From an uncultured Pelagibacteraceae bacterium (GTDB lineage Bacteria > Pseudomonadota > Alphaproteobacteria > Pelagibacterales > Pelagibacteraceae), in assembly GCA_902594655.1 (NCBI GenBank), contig CACJMW010000003.1, positions 12,403-76,402 on the forward strand: a stretch of DNA of 64,000 nucleotides, given 5' to 3'. Made by a program: the position numbers and the translations under genes. The notes beneath the pieces were generated by a model, which saw only the letters and a program-made list of their open reading frames with translations, did not search any database and was not told the DNA's origin. Of the stretch, positions 40,981 through 51,484 are shown piece after piece. Within the stretch, counting starts at the first letter, position 1, and the number at the start of each line of letters is the position of its first letter.

Positions 40981-41669
40981 GGACTTAAATGATCAATTAA
41001 TCTTTTAATATTATTTTTTATATTTGATCTTGTTAGAGTCCTTCCAATTACTATTGCATCTGAGTTATTTTTATATAATGCATCAAAAGGAGTAACTACA
41101 CGAGCCTGTTCATCTTTCTTGTCTCCTGGTAGTCTTATTCCAGGAGTAACTACAAACAAGTTTTTATATTTTTTTTTTATAATTTTTGCTTCACGTGCAG
41201 AAGCGACTATACCATGGCATCCTGCTTTTTTTATCAGTCCAGCTTGTTTTAAAACTAGTTTATCTATATTTCTTGTATGTCCAATTTCTTTAATACTTTT
41301 ATTATTTAAACTAGTAAGAACAGTCACTCCAAGAATTAATTTATTAAATTTTCTTGCTTTTTTCACTACAGCCCTCATCATTTTTAATCCACCATGAGCA
41401 TGGACCGTAGTATATCTGCATCCTTTTAGATCTTTTATAGAATCCAAAGCTGATATCGCAGTGTTATCTACATCCATTATTTTTAAATCTAGAAAATAGT
41501 TTCCTTTAAATTTTTCCAAAAATTTTCTCCCATATTTACTATAAAAAAATTGCAAGCCAAATTTTGGAATTATTTTAAGTTTTTTTGATTTTGTTTCTTT
41601 AAGGATTTTTTTAACTTGACTAATATCAGCAGTATCGCATGCAACAAAAATTAATTTATTTTTTTTCAT
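40977..41669 (-). CDS. pyrF: Orotidine 5'-phosphate decarboxylase
   Basis: FLDLKIMD..NT, TVHA.GG, VTVLTS, VTPGIR, VIGR. Confidence 0.92.
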   Translation of the reverse strand: MKKNKLIFVACDTADISQVKKILKETKSKKLKIIPKFGLQFFYSKYGRKFLEKFKGNYFLDLKIMDVDNTAISALDSIKDLKGCRYTTVHAHGGLKMMRAVVKKARKFNKLILGVTVLTSLNNKSIKEIGHTRNIDKLVLKQAGLIKKAGCHGIVASAREAKIIKKKYKNLFVVTPGIRLPGDKKDEQARVVTPFDALYKNNSDAIVIGRTLTRSNIKNNIKRLIDHLSP

Positions 41670-41946
41670 TCAATTTATATTTCCACTCTTTAGAAGACTT
41701 AAAAATAATAGTTTTTTTTGTAGGAGTCTTGAATTTTTCCAATGTTCTCGGATTTATAGATAATCTTTCTTTCTGTACCCTTGTTTCAAACATCATTACG
41801 TCTCTTAATTCTACCCTCTCTCCGTTTGAAAGTGCCTTTGTTATTTCATATAGAAAAATATTAATTAGTCTTGTGATATCTTTCTTATAAAGGTTGGGGA
41901 AATTTTTGGAAATTTTGTTAATTATTTCTTGTCTTGAAACAGGCAA
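41656..41946 (-). CDS. ihfB: Integration host factor beta/HU-family protein
   Basis: L..GERVELR...F...NPRT....FK.SK; downstream of rpsA. TTG start at 41946 chosen because the ORF-track start overlaps rpsA. Confidence 0.8.
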   Translation of the reverse strand: MPVSRQEIINKISKNFPNLYKKDITRLINIFLYEITKALSNGERVELRDVMMFETRVQKERLSINPRTLEKFKTPTKKTIIFKSSKEWKYKLNEKK

Positions 41947-41953
41947 ACTAAAT

Positions 41954-43681
41954 TTATTTATCCTCTTTTTTCTTATTATCAAGTTTTTCAGAAAGTGAAG
42001 AAAATGGAAGATTCTTTCCACTTAGTGGGCTTGAAAACTTTGATACCGCCTCTTTATTTTGCATTTCCTCAAGTAACTTAATACTAAGAACTATTTTTCT
42101 TTTTTCAATATTGATTTCAGATATAGCAGCATCAATTCTATCTCCAGGAATAAATCTATTTGATCTCGCATCCTCCGCATTTATTGCTATTTGATTTTTT
42201 TTAATTATAATTTCTAAATCACTTCCTTCAGGACAAACTACAATCCCTTTTGAATTCGTTGATTTTACTTTTACAGTAATTATGTCATTTTCTTTTTTGC
42301 TATTTAAAATATTGAAAGGATCTTCTTGCATTTGTTTAATTCCAAATTTTATTCTTTGTTCTTTCGATTTTATTTCCAGAACTTTAACTTCTATTTCATC
42401 ATTCTTTTGATACTTTTTAATTTCTTCGTCAGGTTTTGCAGTATATGAAAGGTCATTAGCATGTAGGAAGCCATCTATTCCAAACTCATCTATATTTAAA
42501 TAAATGGAGTAATCTTTTATATTTGATATTTTACCTTTTACAGTTGATCCAACTGGATACTTATTTTCAAATGATTCAAAAGGATTTTCTTTTGCTAGTT
42601 TATGAGATATAGCAACTCTCTTTTTTTCTTTATCTATATCAGTAATTACACAATCAATTTCATCATTTACTTTTAAAAATTTATTTGGATTTACATTTTT
42701 TTTATTCCAACTAATTTCACTCGAATGAAGTAGACATGTTAAGCCAGGTTGCAGTTCACAAAAAGCTCCATAATCTACCACCTTTATAACTTTGGCTTTA
42801 TAAGATTTACCCACTGTATAATTTGCAATATTTTCAAAAGGATCTGGTGTTAGTGCTTTTATGGAACAGGAAATTTGCATTTTTTCATTATCGATAGAAA
42901 TTATTTTAAGTTTATGTTTTTCTCCGATCGTAAAAACTTCATCAGGATGATTAATTCTCGAGTAAGATATTTCTTGTAAGTGCACCAGTACGTCTATCTC
43001 GTTATTTACCTCAAAGAAACATCCAAAAGAACTGTATCCTTTAACAACCGCATTCTCTATTATATCTCCAACTTTATATTTTTCTAAAATTTTTGCTTTA
43101 TCCTCTTTTTTGAATGAACTGATCACCTCTCTTCTAGATACACAAGCATTACCTCTAAATTTATCAAGTTTGATAATTTTAAATTCTTGTTCCACTCCAA
43201 ATAAATGATCAAATGATTTTAATGGTTTCGAATCAATCTGAGATCCCGGGCAAAACATTAGTGATTTTGTATCTAGATGCTCGACAATTACTCCACCTTT
43301 ACACTTTGATACTATTTTACCTTTAACATTTTCATTAGTTTCATAAGCTTTTTCAAGTTCGTACCATCCTCTAATTTTTTTTGCTCTAGAAGCAGAAACA
43401 ATTACCTCACCATTTTTATCCTCAATTTTTTCAAGATATACTTCTAGTTTTTCATTTTCTTTAATTTGCTTATCACCATAAATAGTTTTTATTTCCCCAA
43501 TGTCTATTAATGCTTCACTTTTCATTCCAGAAATTAAAAGGTAAACATGCTTTTCAGTTATTTTTGTAATGGTTCCTACTAGCAGTTTTCCTTCCTCGAT
43601 TTTAGTTTTTGAAAAATTATCAACTAATAGTTTTTTAAACTCTTTATCTTGATTGTTCGAAATATTTTTATAAACTTCCAT
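41954..43681 (-). CDS. rpsA: 30S ribosomal protein S1
   Basis: Repeated S1 domains (F.PGSQID, YGAFCEL, GFLH..DLS); cmk-rpsA-ihfB synteny. Confidence 0.95.
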   Translation of the reverse strand: MEVYKNISNNQDKEFKKLLVDNFSKTKIEEGKLLVGTITKITEKHVYLLISGMKSEALIDIGEIKTIYGDKQIKENEKLEVYLEKIEDKNGEVIVSASRAKKIRGWYELEKAYETNENVKGKIVSKCKGGVIVEHLDTKSLMFCPGSQIDSKPLKSFDHLFGVEQEFKIIKLDKFRGNACVSRREVISSFKKEDKAKILEKYKVGDIIENAVVKGYSSFGCFFEVNNEIDVLVHLQEISYSRINHPDEVFTIGEKHKLKIISIDNEKMQISCSIKALTPDPFENIANYTVGKSYKAKVIKVVDYGAFCELQPGLTCLLHSSEISWNKKNVNPNKFLKVNDEIDCVITDIDKEKKRVAISHKLAKENPFESFENKYPVGSTVKGKISNIKDYSIYLNIDEFGIDGFLHANDLSYTAKPDEEIKKYQKNDEIEVKVLEIKSKEQRIKFGIKQMQEDPFNILNSKKENDIITVKVKSTNSKGIVVCPEGSDLEIIIKKNQIAINAEDARSNRFIPGDRIDAAISEINIEKRKIVLSIKLLEEMQNKEAVSKFSSPLSGKNLPFSSLSEKLDNKKKEDK

Positions 43682-44334
43682 TAATTATTCAGTTTCCTAT
43701 CCATAATTGCTTTTATTTTTAAAAAGCATTGGTTTCTACTAAGATTTTCTGAGTTTATCAATACACTATCTTTTGTTTTTTTTAATGGACCAAACTTTCT
43801 AGTACGATCAGATTTATCCCTATTTTTAAGGCTTTTAAGTACTTCTTTGAACGATATTTTTTTATTTTGTAGTTTATATTCCTTGTATCTTCTTCTAGCT
43901 CTAGTTTTTACGTTTGCAGTTATAAAAAACTTAAATAAAGCATCTTTTAAAATTACACTGGTTATATCCCTGCCGTCAAGAACTGATCCAGAATATTTCT
44001 TTGGTGGGTTATACGCACATCTTTGTTGAAATTTATAGACTATTTTTCTAATTTTTTTATCTTTTGCTATTAATGCAGCTGATGTTGCAACTTTGTCAGA
44101 TAATAGATCTTTATTTTTTAGATCTATAATTTTTAATAGTTTAATTTTTTTTTTAATTGTAACGTAATTAAATTTTTTTGGATTTTGTAATCTAAATTTT
44201 CCAATTAGTCTGTATATACGTCCAGTATCGAGGTGTAGGAGGTTATAATGTCTTGCAATTAATTTTGCTTGTGTACCAGCGCCTGCCGCTGCTGGCGAGT
44301 CAATGGCAACTGTTATAAATTGTCTTTTTTTCAA
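43681..44334 (-). CDS. cmk: Cytidylate kinase
   Basis: AIDSPAAAGAGT (variant P-loop), LDTG.IYR, LDGRDI, RD..D..R...PL. Confidence 0.9.
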   Translation of the reverse strand: MKKRQFITVAIDSPAAAGAGTQAKLIARHYNLLHLDTGRIYRLIGKFRLQNPKKFNYVTIKKKIKLLKIIDLKNKDLLSDKVATSAALIAKDKKIRKIVYKFQQRCAYNPPKKYSGSVLDGRDITSVILKDALFKFFITANVKTRARRRYKEYKLQNKKISFKEVLKSLKNRDKSDRTRKFGPLKKTKDSVLINSENLSRNQCFLKIKAIMDRKLNN

Positions 44335-45656
44335 TTTATTTTGGCTCCCAAGTATTTCGATATTTTTAAAAAATCTGGAAATGATGTTTTGACAGAATCC
44401 TTATCATCTACTTTCCATTTTCCTCCCAAAGTTAAAGCGGCCACTACAGACATCATAAATATTCTGTGATCTTTCAAATAATTTTTAATTCTATACTCAT
44501 TATTCAATATCAAATTAGGATTACCAAATATCTTAATATCATTTTGATTTCTTATAACTTTTACTCCTATCATTTTTAAGAAGTGAATTGCGATATCTAA
44601 TCTCGGACTTTCTTTTTGGTTTAGCTCTCCTAAATTTTTAAAGCTTGAAACCCCCCTAGCTTTTGCTGCAATTAAAAAAATTAATAAAAATTCATCAATA
44701 GCAGAACTATTTAAATTTTGAGGACATTTTATTGACTTAAATGTTTTTCTACTTATAATTTTTATATCACCAATTTGTTCACCTTTATATTTTCTTTTAT
44801 TTAAAATTTCAATTTTTGCATTCATTTTGTTTAAAATTTTTAAGATCCCAATTCTTGAAGGATTTATATTTATATCTTTAATAACTAATTTAGAATTTTT
44901 TGATAACAATGTTAATACAATAAAAAAAGAAGCTGAGCTTATATCACCAGGAATTTTATATCTAAAACTATTAAACTGTTTTAAACCTGCAATACTTATT
45001 AGATCGTAGTTTTTTTTTTTAATAACCTTAATAGGATAATCTAAATGATTTAATAATAGCTCAGTATGATTTCTAGATGTCCTCGCCTTTATTTTTGTAA
45101 TACCATGTGTATTTATTGCGCTTAAAATTATACAGGTCTTGATTTGAGCGCTACCTTTGTTTTCAATATAATTTATCGGTCTAAGTAAATTTGATCCAAT
45201 AAATTTAATAGGCAATTTATCTTTGTTATTTTTAATATTTACACCAAATAAAGATAAGGGCTTAATAACTCTTGAAAAATCTCTTTTAGATAAACTGATA
45301 TCACCTGTTAAAATTAGATTTTTATCAATTGCAGAACATAATCCTAGTATACATCTTGCAAGTGTTCCTGAATTTCCAGCATTTATTAATGTATTATTTT
45401 TAAATGAGAAACCATTAATGCCCACTCCATTAATTTCTAAGTAATTTTTTCTTTTTTTATAATTTACACCAATTTTTTTTATAATTTTTAGAGCACTAAT
45501 TACATCTTCAGAATCTAGCAAATTAAATATTTTCGATTTACCAATTGCAATTGATGCAAATAAAATACATCTTATACTTATACTTTTATCACCGGATACA
45601 GTTATAGATTTTGAAAATGGTTTAATAATTTTTTCAATTTTAATTTGATTTTTCAC
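44331..45656 (-). CDS. aroA: EPSP synthase
   Basis: GDKSIS.R, GNSGT..R, SAQIK, RNHTE, PGDISSASF, IDEF, KES.R, DHRI.M. Confidence 0.95.
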   Translation of the reverse strand: MKNQIKIEKIIKPFSKSITVSGDKSISIRCILFASIAIGKSKIFNLLDSEDVISALKIIKKIGVNYKKRKNYLEINGVGINGFSFKNNTLINAGNSGTLARCILGLCSAIDKNLILTGDISLSKRDFSRVIKPLSLFGVNIKNNKDKLPIKFIGSNLLRPINYIENKGSAQIKTCIILSAINTHGITKIKARTSRNHTELLLNHLDYPIKVIKKKNYDLISIAGLKQFNSFRYKIPGDISSASFFIVLTLLSKNSKLVIKDININPSRIGILKILNKMNAKIEILNKRKYKGEQIGDIKIISRKTFKSIKCPQNLNSSAIDEFLLIFLIAAKARGVSSFKNLGELNQKESPRLDIAIHFLKMIGVKVIRNQNDIKIFGNPNLILNNEYRIKNYLKDHRIFMMSVVAALTLGGKWKVDDKDSVKTSFPDFLKISKYLGAKIN

Positions 45657-45662
45657 TTTGGG

Positions 45663-46448
45663 TTAAAATTTAAAACCTTCACCAAAGTAAGCTTCGATTG
45701 CTTTGGTATTTTTAACAAGTTCTTGAGGAGATCCTTTGGCTACAATTTTACCCTCAGATAAAATCATTGCATTATCAACACAACTTAACAAATCTCTTGA
45801 AGAATGATCTGATATTGTTACTGATATTCTTTCGAACATTTGAAGACTTACAATAATTTGCTGGATCATTCTAACACTTTGAGGGTCCAGAGCTGCAAAA
45901 GGTTCATCTAAAATAAGAATTTTAGTATCTTTTACCATTGCCATCGCAATTGTTAATTTTCTAATTTGACCTCCAGACAGAAATTTTGATTTCAAATTTA
46001 CTACATTCTGAAGCTCAAATTTTCTTATTAAATTATTTATTTTTTGAGCCCTCTCATCTTTAATTTTAATATGGAGTTCTGCAATTGCCATAAGATTTTC
46101 GTAAACTGTCAGGTCAGACCAAGAACCACCATATTGTGGAACCCAAGATATACCAAACTCAGAACATCTTTTATAAGTTGGGATATGTGTAGCATCAATA
46201 CCATTGATTATAATTTTTCCAAAAGATGGTTTTACCAGACCAATTATCGAGTGATAGATGGAACTTTTACCTGCTCCGTTTGGTCCTAATAGGCCACATA
46301 TTTCAGATTTTTGAATCGTTAGGTTGAGTTTTTCAACAATCTGTCTATTACCATATGTAATGGTTAGGTCTTTTATTTCTATTATAGGTCTTTCCTCTTT
46401 AAAGGATTTAATTCTGAACTTTTTAATTAATAAACTCATTTCTCGCAA
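45663..46448 (-). CDS. lptB: LPS export ABC ATPase
   Basis: GLLGPNGAGKS, LSGGQ, LDEPFAALDP, SDH, YFGEGF. Confidence 0.88.
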   Translation of the reverse strand: MREMSLLIKKFRIKSFKEERPIIEIKDLTITYGNRQIVEKLNLTIQKSEICGLLGPNGAGKSSIYHSIIGLVKPSFGKIIINGIDATHIPTYKRCSEFGISWVPQYGGSWSDLTVYENLMAIAELHIKIKDERAQKINNLIRKFELQNVVNLKSKFLSGGQIRKLTIAMAMVKDTKILILDEPFAALDPQSVRMIQQIIVSLQMFERISVTISDHSSRDLLSCVDNAMILSEGKIVAKGSPQELVKNTKAIEAYFGEGFKF

Positions 46449-47031
46449 TTAATTTGACTTTATTCGTATCATTTAACATTTGAAGCTTTATATTGCCTGT
46501 CAACATATCAATAAATATTTTATCTGAATATAAACTTATGTCATTATTTTTATAAATCACATTGTTATAAATTACTGACTCTTTTTCAGAAAATTTTAAA
46601 TCTACATTTTGAGCAACAATTACATTATTTAAATATGTTATTTCTACATCATTGTAAAAAAATGTATCATGATTTAGTTTATTATAGGTTGCATTTTTAG
46701 AAGAGACAACTATTTGACCTTTATTTTTCAAAAGAATTATAGAAGTTACACCTTTCATTTGAACCTCATTTTTTTCTTTATTATCAAATTCAATAAGTGC
46801 TTTTTTCGCATTTATGTAGAAAGTATTTCCGTTACTATCTGTGGAATTATATTCAATATTTGTTAATTCATTAGAAATCTCTTCATTGATATAGATTTCT
46901 TTTTTAATTGTATTTTTGTTTTCTTTAATTATTTCTTTATTTTTTGAATAAAAAAATGAGTAATAAAAAAATATTATAATTATACCGATTATTAATACTA
47001 ATAACCCCTGAAGATAAAATTTAAATGTCAT
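46423..47031 (-). CDS. lptC: LptC-like LPS export protein
   Basis: N-terminal TM then beta-rich periplasmic domain; between kdsD and lptB. Confidence 0.7.
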   Translation of the reverse strand: MTFKFYLQGLLVLIIGIIIIFFYYSFFYSKNKEIIKENKNTIKKEIYINEEISNELTNIEYNSTDSNGNTFYINAKKALIEFDNKEKNEVQMKGVTSIILLKNKGQIVVSSKNATYNKLNHDTFFYNDVEITYLNNVIVAQNVDLKFSEKESVIYNNVIYKNNDISLYSDKIFIDMLTGNIKLQMLNDTNKVKLIARNEFIN

Positions 47032-47033
47032 AA

Positions 47034-48005
47034 TTAATTAATATTGGCGTCCAATATGTTATGCATATGTATTAAGCCTGTCGTTTTTGTTTTTTTTTTA
47101 TTAAAAACACATAATGCTGTTATTTTTTTACTATTCATGATTGAAAGTGCTTCAGCAGCCAGCATATTTTCATTAACAACTATAGGATTTTTTTTCATAA
47201 CTTTTTTAATTATCAATTTTTTTATATTTTCCGATTTTTTATTTATTCTTTTAAAGTCTCCATCAGAAATTATACCAGTTGTATTTCCATTTTTATTTTT
47301 TGCAATTAAAACACCTAGATTCTTTCTATTAAAAACTTTTAAAGCTTCTTTGATATCTGAATTTTCATTAATGAAAGGAATATTTTTTCCCTTGTACATT
47401 AATTCACCAACTGTTTTTAGTCTTTGACCAAGACTTCCACTTGGATGAAATTTTTTAAAATCATACTTAGAAAACTTTCTTCGTTTTAGAGTTGATATTG
47501 CCAAGGCATCACCAAAGCTAATTTGTACTGTTGTACTTGAGCTTGGTATGTAATTTCCTGGTCCCGCCTCCGTAATTGTTGGTAATAAAAAATTTATATC
47601 ACTAGATTTATAAAGTAATGAATTTTTTTTTGATGTAACTCCTATAAGAGTAATGTTTTTATTTCTTTTTGAGAACTGAACGATATTTTTTAATTCTGAA
47701 GTTTCTCCACTATGACTAATTAAAATTAATATATCTCCCGAACTTATCATGCCCAGATCTCCGTGAGAGCACGATCCAGCATCTACATAAAATGATGGGA
47801 TACCCAAAGAAGCAAGAGTAGATGATATTTTTTTTGAGACTATTCCAGACTTACCTACTCCAGTAAATACTACTTTGCCTTTACATTTTAATATAGCGCT
47901 TACTATTCTATTAAAATTCTTATTTAATGAATTTTTTAATTTTTTTAAGGCCTTTATCTCCGCATGTATGACTTCTTTTCCAATTGAAGTATAACTGTTT
48001 TTCAT
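47034..48005 (-). CDS. kdsD: KpsF/GutQ arabinose-5-phosphate isomerase (SIS plus CBS domains)
   Basis: GVGKSG, HGDLG, S.SGET.E, PSSST, GDALA, HPSGSLG, CBS pair. Confidence 0.92.
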   Translation of the reverse strand: MKNSYTSIGKEVIHAEIKALKKLKNSLNKNFNRIVSAILKCKGKVVFTGVGKSGIVSKKISSTLASLGIPSFYVDAGSCSHGDLGMISSGDILILISHSGETSELKNIVQFSKRNKNITLIGVTSKKNSLLYKSSDINFLLPTITEAGPGNYIPSSSTTVQISFGDALAISTLKRRKFSKYDFKKFHPSGSLGQRLKTVGELMYKGKNIPFINENSDIKEALKVFNRKNLGVLIAKNKNGNTTGIISDGDFKRINKKSENIKKLIIKKVMKKNPIVVNENMLAAEALSIMNSKKITALCVFNKKKTKTTGLIHMHNILDANIN

Positions 48006-48015
48006 AAAGTAATTT

Positions 48016-48633
48016 TTAGTGAGACCAGATATCTTCTGTAAATAATGCTAAATCTAAGTCTACTCTAGTATAAATACAATTAATTGATTTAATGTAAAGT
48101 TCATATCTATTTTCTCTTATTAAAATTTTTTTCAAGCATTCGTAGATTTTATGAAGATAAATTACATCATTAGCACAATACTTTAGTTGTTTTTCATTTA
48201 AAATACCCCCAAAATCTGAGCTTTGAAATTGCTTACTTATTTCTATACCTAGGAATTCTTTTACTAAGTCTTTTAAGCCATGCTTATCTGTATAGCTCCT
48301 TGCAAGTTTACTCATGATTTTAGTACAACTCACATTTTGTATATCAGTATTTAAGTATTTTTTTATAAACGCCATATCTGCCCTAGCGAAATGGAAAATC
48401 TTTTCGATATTTTTGTTTAAAAGTATTTTTTTTAAATTTGGTGCATCATAGTTTTCTCTATTTAATTGAATTATATGAGCATCATTGTTTCCTGTAGAAA
48501 TTTGAACTAAATAAAGCTTATCTCTACCTACATTTAATCCAGAAAACTCTGAGTCTATAGCTAAAGACTTATTGTCATCCAGCCTTATTTCATCTGGCAA
48601 ATCGTTCTTATGTAATTTAATATCAATTTGCAT
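48016..48633 (-). CDS. rnd: RNase D-like 3'-5' exonuclease
   Basis: AIDSE, LVQ, KIFHFARAD, HGLKDL, QSSDFG, Y.ANDV..L. Confidence 0.85.
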   Translation of the reverse strand: MQIDIKLHKNDLPDEIRLDDNKSLAIDSEFSGLNVGRDKLYLVQISTGNNDAHIIQLNRENYDAPNLKKILLNKNIEKIFHFARADMAFIKKYLNTDIQNVSCTKIMSKLARSYTDKHGLKDLVKEFLGIEISKQFQSSDFGGILNEKQLKYCANDVIYLHKIYECLKKILIRENRYELYIKSINCIYTRVDLDLALFTEDIWSH

Positions 48634-48647
48634 AACTTATATATAAT

Positions 48648-49619
48648 ATGAAACCTAAAGAAATTCTAGTGTTTGGCGCCTCTGGTCAAATTGGAAGAAA
48701 TCTTATCAGAAAACTAACTAAAAATAACTACAAAGTTATAGCAGTTACAAGGAATATTCATCAAAAAGGATATGTATTAAAAACCCAAGCTAACCCAGGA
48801 TATTTAGAACTTATTGAGCTACAGGCATTAAGTGAGGATAAAATAAGAGATTTATTTAAAAATTGTTCTATTTGCATAAATTTAATTGGCATCTTATATG
48901 AGCAAAGTAAAAATCAATTTAAAAATATTCATTCGATATTCCCGACTCTATTAGCAAAAATCGCTAAAGAAAAAAAAATTGATCAATTTATACATGTATC
49001 AGCTTTAGGAATTGAAAATGCCGTAGACAGTGAGTATGCAAAAAGTAAATTAGAGGGTGAAATAAGTGTTAGGAATACTTTTGAAAATTCAGTTATTTTA
49101 AAACCCTCAATTGTTTATTCTATCGATGATAATTTTACTACAAATTTTATGACATTATTTAATCGTTTACCCGTAATGCCATTATTTTACAATGGTGATA
49201 CAAAGTTCACACCTATACATGTATCAGACTTAACCGAAATTATTTTTCGATCAATTTTAACTGAAATAAAAAATGAAACAATAGAATGTGTCGGACCAGA
49301 AGAAATATCTTTTAAAGACATATTAAAAAAGTTGTTAAAAGCAATTGATAAAAAACGATTGCTAATCCCAGTTCCTTTGCCAATAGCAAAAATTGAAGCA
49401 GTATTTTTAGAATTCTTGCCGATTTTTTTGCAAGGTGGAAGAAAACAATTAACTACAGATCAATTAAAATTACTAAAATACGATAACATATCTTCTAAAA
49501 AATATAAAACCAATATAGATCTTAAAATTACTGAGAGTTTAAAACACTTTGACAATGAGATACAAAAGTACTCTTATATGTGGAAGTCAGGTGGAGAGTT
49601 TTCGAAAGAAAAAAATTAA
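48648..49619 (+). CDS. Complex I NDUFA9-family NAD(P)-dependent oxidoreductase
   Basis: VFGASGQIG, INLIGILYE, HVSALG, YAKSK..GE, PIHV.D. Confidence 0.88.
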   Translation: MKPKEILVFGASGQIGRNLIRKLTKNNYKVIAVTRNIHQKGYVLKTQANPGYLELIELQALSEDKIRDLFKNCSICINLIGILYEQSKNQFKNIHSIFPTLLAKIAKEKKIDQFIHVSALGIENAVDSEYAKSKLEGEISVRNTFENSVILKPSIVYSIDDNFTTNFMTLFNRLPVMPLFYNGDTKFTPIHVSDLTEIIFRSILTEIKNETIECVGPEEISFKDILKKLLKAIDKKRLLIPVPLPIAKIEAVFLEFLPIFLQGGRKQLTTDQLKLLKYDNISSKKYKTNIDLKITESLKHFDNEIQKYSYMWKSGGEFSKEKN

Positions 49620-49634
49620 TTTTTAATTAGAATT

Positions 49635-50129
49635 TTAGGCAGATTTTACCTTTTTTTCTAAAAAGGCTGGTACGTCGTCTTCTTTTGAAACAACCTCATC
49701 TTTTTTACTTTTGGGTTGATAAACTATCATTAGATGAAGAGGACAATAGGAAAATTTTTCAACTGTTTTTCGTCCACAAAATGTTGAGGATTTTTCATCA
49801 GGATGTCCTTCCATATACTTACAAGTATTTTCATTTAACTCTTCTAAATTAATATTTTTAGCTGCTTCAAAGTTTTTATCTAAAACTAAACTTCTAAACT
49901 TAGATCTCCTGCTAACATGGCTTACTTTTTTTTCAGATCCCTTTTCTTTTTTTAAGTAATTGAGCGGATTGCTTCTTGCCTTAATTTTAGTTGATAAATT
50001 TAAACGATGTGCTTTCCCAATTACTGCGTTTCTAGTTACACCACCTATCATTTCTGCTATTTGCGATGCGGTTTTACCTTTTCCCCATTCATTTTTGAGA
50101 ATTTCTATTTTTTTTTCATCCCAGCTCAT
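49635..50129 (-). CDS. gcrA: GcrA cell-cycle regulator
   Basis: MSW....E.LK..W..G.TASQIA...GGVTRNAVIGKAHRL.L; C-terminal C...FCG....YC..H. Confidence 0.92.
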   Translation of the reverse strand: MSWDEKKIEILKNEWGKGKTASQIAEMIGGVTRNAVIGKAHRLNLSTKIKARSNPLNYLKKEKGSEKKVSHVSRRSKFRSLVLDKNFEAAKNINLEELNENTCKYMEGHPDEKSSTFCGRKTVEKFSYCPLHLMIVYQPKSKKDEVVSKEDDVPAFLEKKVKSA

Positions 50130-50314
50130 AATTACTAAATATAGTGTACTTTAATAAATTTCATACAACATTATGTAACTCATAATTGTTTGGTATATGC
50201 AAGTTTTTTTTTGGTTTTTTTAACAATTTTTTTTAAAATAATAATATTTAACCATTGGTTGCATTTTATTTAAGTCATCGCGTTTTAAATGTGTATAACT
50301 TAAACACAAAATTT

Positions 50315-51484
50315 ATGAGCTCATTAGCAAAAAATTACAATAGAAGAAAAATTTCATTTAAATATGGTAAGGGAAGTTTTCTATATTCAACTAAGGGTAA
50401 AAAATATCTAGATTTTGTTCAAGGAATAGCCGTAAATTCGTTAGGGCACTCTAATCCATACCTTGTTAAAAAACTTAAAAAACAATCTAGCAAATTATGG
50501 CATGTATCAAATGCATTTACAATTCCAGAGGGAGAAAAATTAGCCAAAAGACTAACAAAAAATACTTTTGCAGACTCAGTTATTTTTCAAAATAGCGGAA
50601 CAGAGGCCACTGAAGTGGCAATTAAATTCGCGAGAAGATATTTTTATCATATAGGCAAACCAAACAAGAATAGAATTATTTGTATAAAAAATTCATTCCA
50701 TGGTAGAACCATAGCGGCCATAAGTGCTAGTGGCTCAAAAAAAATGACCGAAGGTTTTGGTCCAAAAGCACCAGGATTTGACCATTTTACATTTGGTGAT
50801 CACAAAAAACTTAAGAAGCTTATAAATAAAAATACTGCAGCAATAATGATAGAAACAATTATGGGAGAGGGAGGCATTAAGGTTGTGCCTAATTGGTGCA
50901 TTAGGGAGCTAAGAAAATTATGTGATAAAAGAAAAATATTATTAATCTTGGACGAGGTACAATGTGGAATAGGAAGAACAGGTAAATTTTTTGCATTTGA
51001 ACACTCAAAAGTAAAACCAGACATAGTTCCGATAGCAAAAGGTATTGGAGGAGGCTTTCCAATTGGGGCAGTTTTAATGAACAAAAAAGTTGCAAAATCG
51101 TGTGTGCCAGGATCCCATGGATCTACATTTGCCGGATCACCAATAGCTACTACTGTAGGTAACGCAGTTTTAGATCAAATTTCTAAAAAAAATTTTTTAA
51201 AAAATATTTTAAAACAATCCAAATATTTTTTTGATAAACTCAATAAAATTAAAAATACATATCCAAATATTATTAAAGAAATCAGAGGCAAAGGTTTATT
51301 AATTGGAATACAGCTTCATTTCGACCAGTCAAAATTTATTAAATCTCTAGAACAAAACTTTCTTTTAACAATTAGAGCGGCAGAAAACACTGTAAGAGTT
51401 TTGCCTCCATTGAATGTTAAAAAAAATGAAATTGATCTAGCGATAAAAATTATTAATAAAGTTTGTAAAGAATATAAATTATAA
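50315..51484 (+). CDS. argD: Acetylornithine aminotransferase
   Basis: YLDF..GIAVNSLGH, NSGTEA.E, SFHGRT, DEVQCG.GRTG, AKGIGGGFP.GA, HGSTF; ATG 50315. Confidence 0.93.
   Translation: MSSLAKNYNRRKISFKYGKGSFLYSTKGKKYLDFVQGIAVNSLGHSNPYLVKKLKKQSSKLWHVSNAFTIPEGEKLAKRLTKNTFADSVIFQNSGTEATEVAIKFARRYFYHIGKPNKNRIICIKNSFHGRTIAAISASGSKKMTEGFGPKAPGFDHFTFGDHKKLKKLINKNTAAIMIETIMGEGGIKVVPNWCIRELRKLCDKRKILLILDEVQCGIGRTGKFFAFEHSKVKPDIVPIAKGIGGGFPIGAVLMNKKVAKSCVPGSHGSTFAGSPIATTVGNAVLDQISKKNFLKNILKQSKYFFDKLNKIKNTYPNIIKEIRGKGLLIGIQLHFDQSKFIKSLEQNFLLTIRAAENTVRVLPPLNVKKNEIDLAIKIINKVCKEYKL

Noticed and set aside
45663-47031. lptA missing between lptC and lptB as a notable loss
   Set aside because: It may be elsewhere in the genome or the LptC-like protein may cover both roles; one window cannot decide.
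50130-50314. CtrA box (TTAA-N7-TTAA) or dif site in the gcrA/argD intergenic region
   Set aside because: TTAA spacings are 9 and 11 nt; only a TTAACCAT half-site is present. The CATAC-AACA-TTATGTAAC dif-like spacing is wrong. Weak in such AT-rich DNA.
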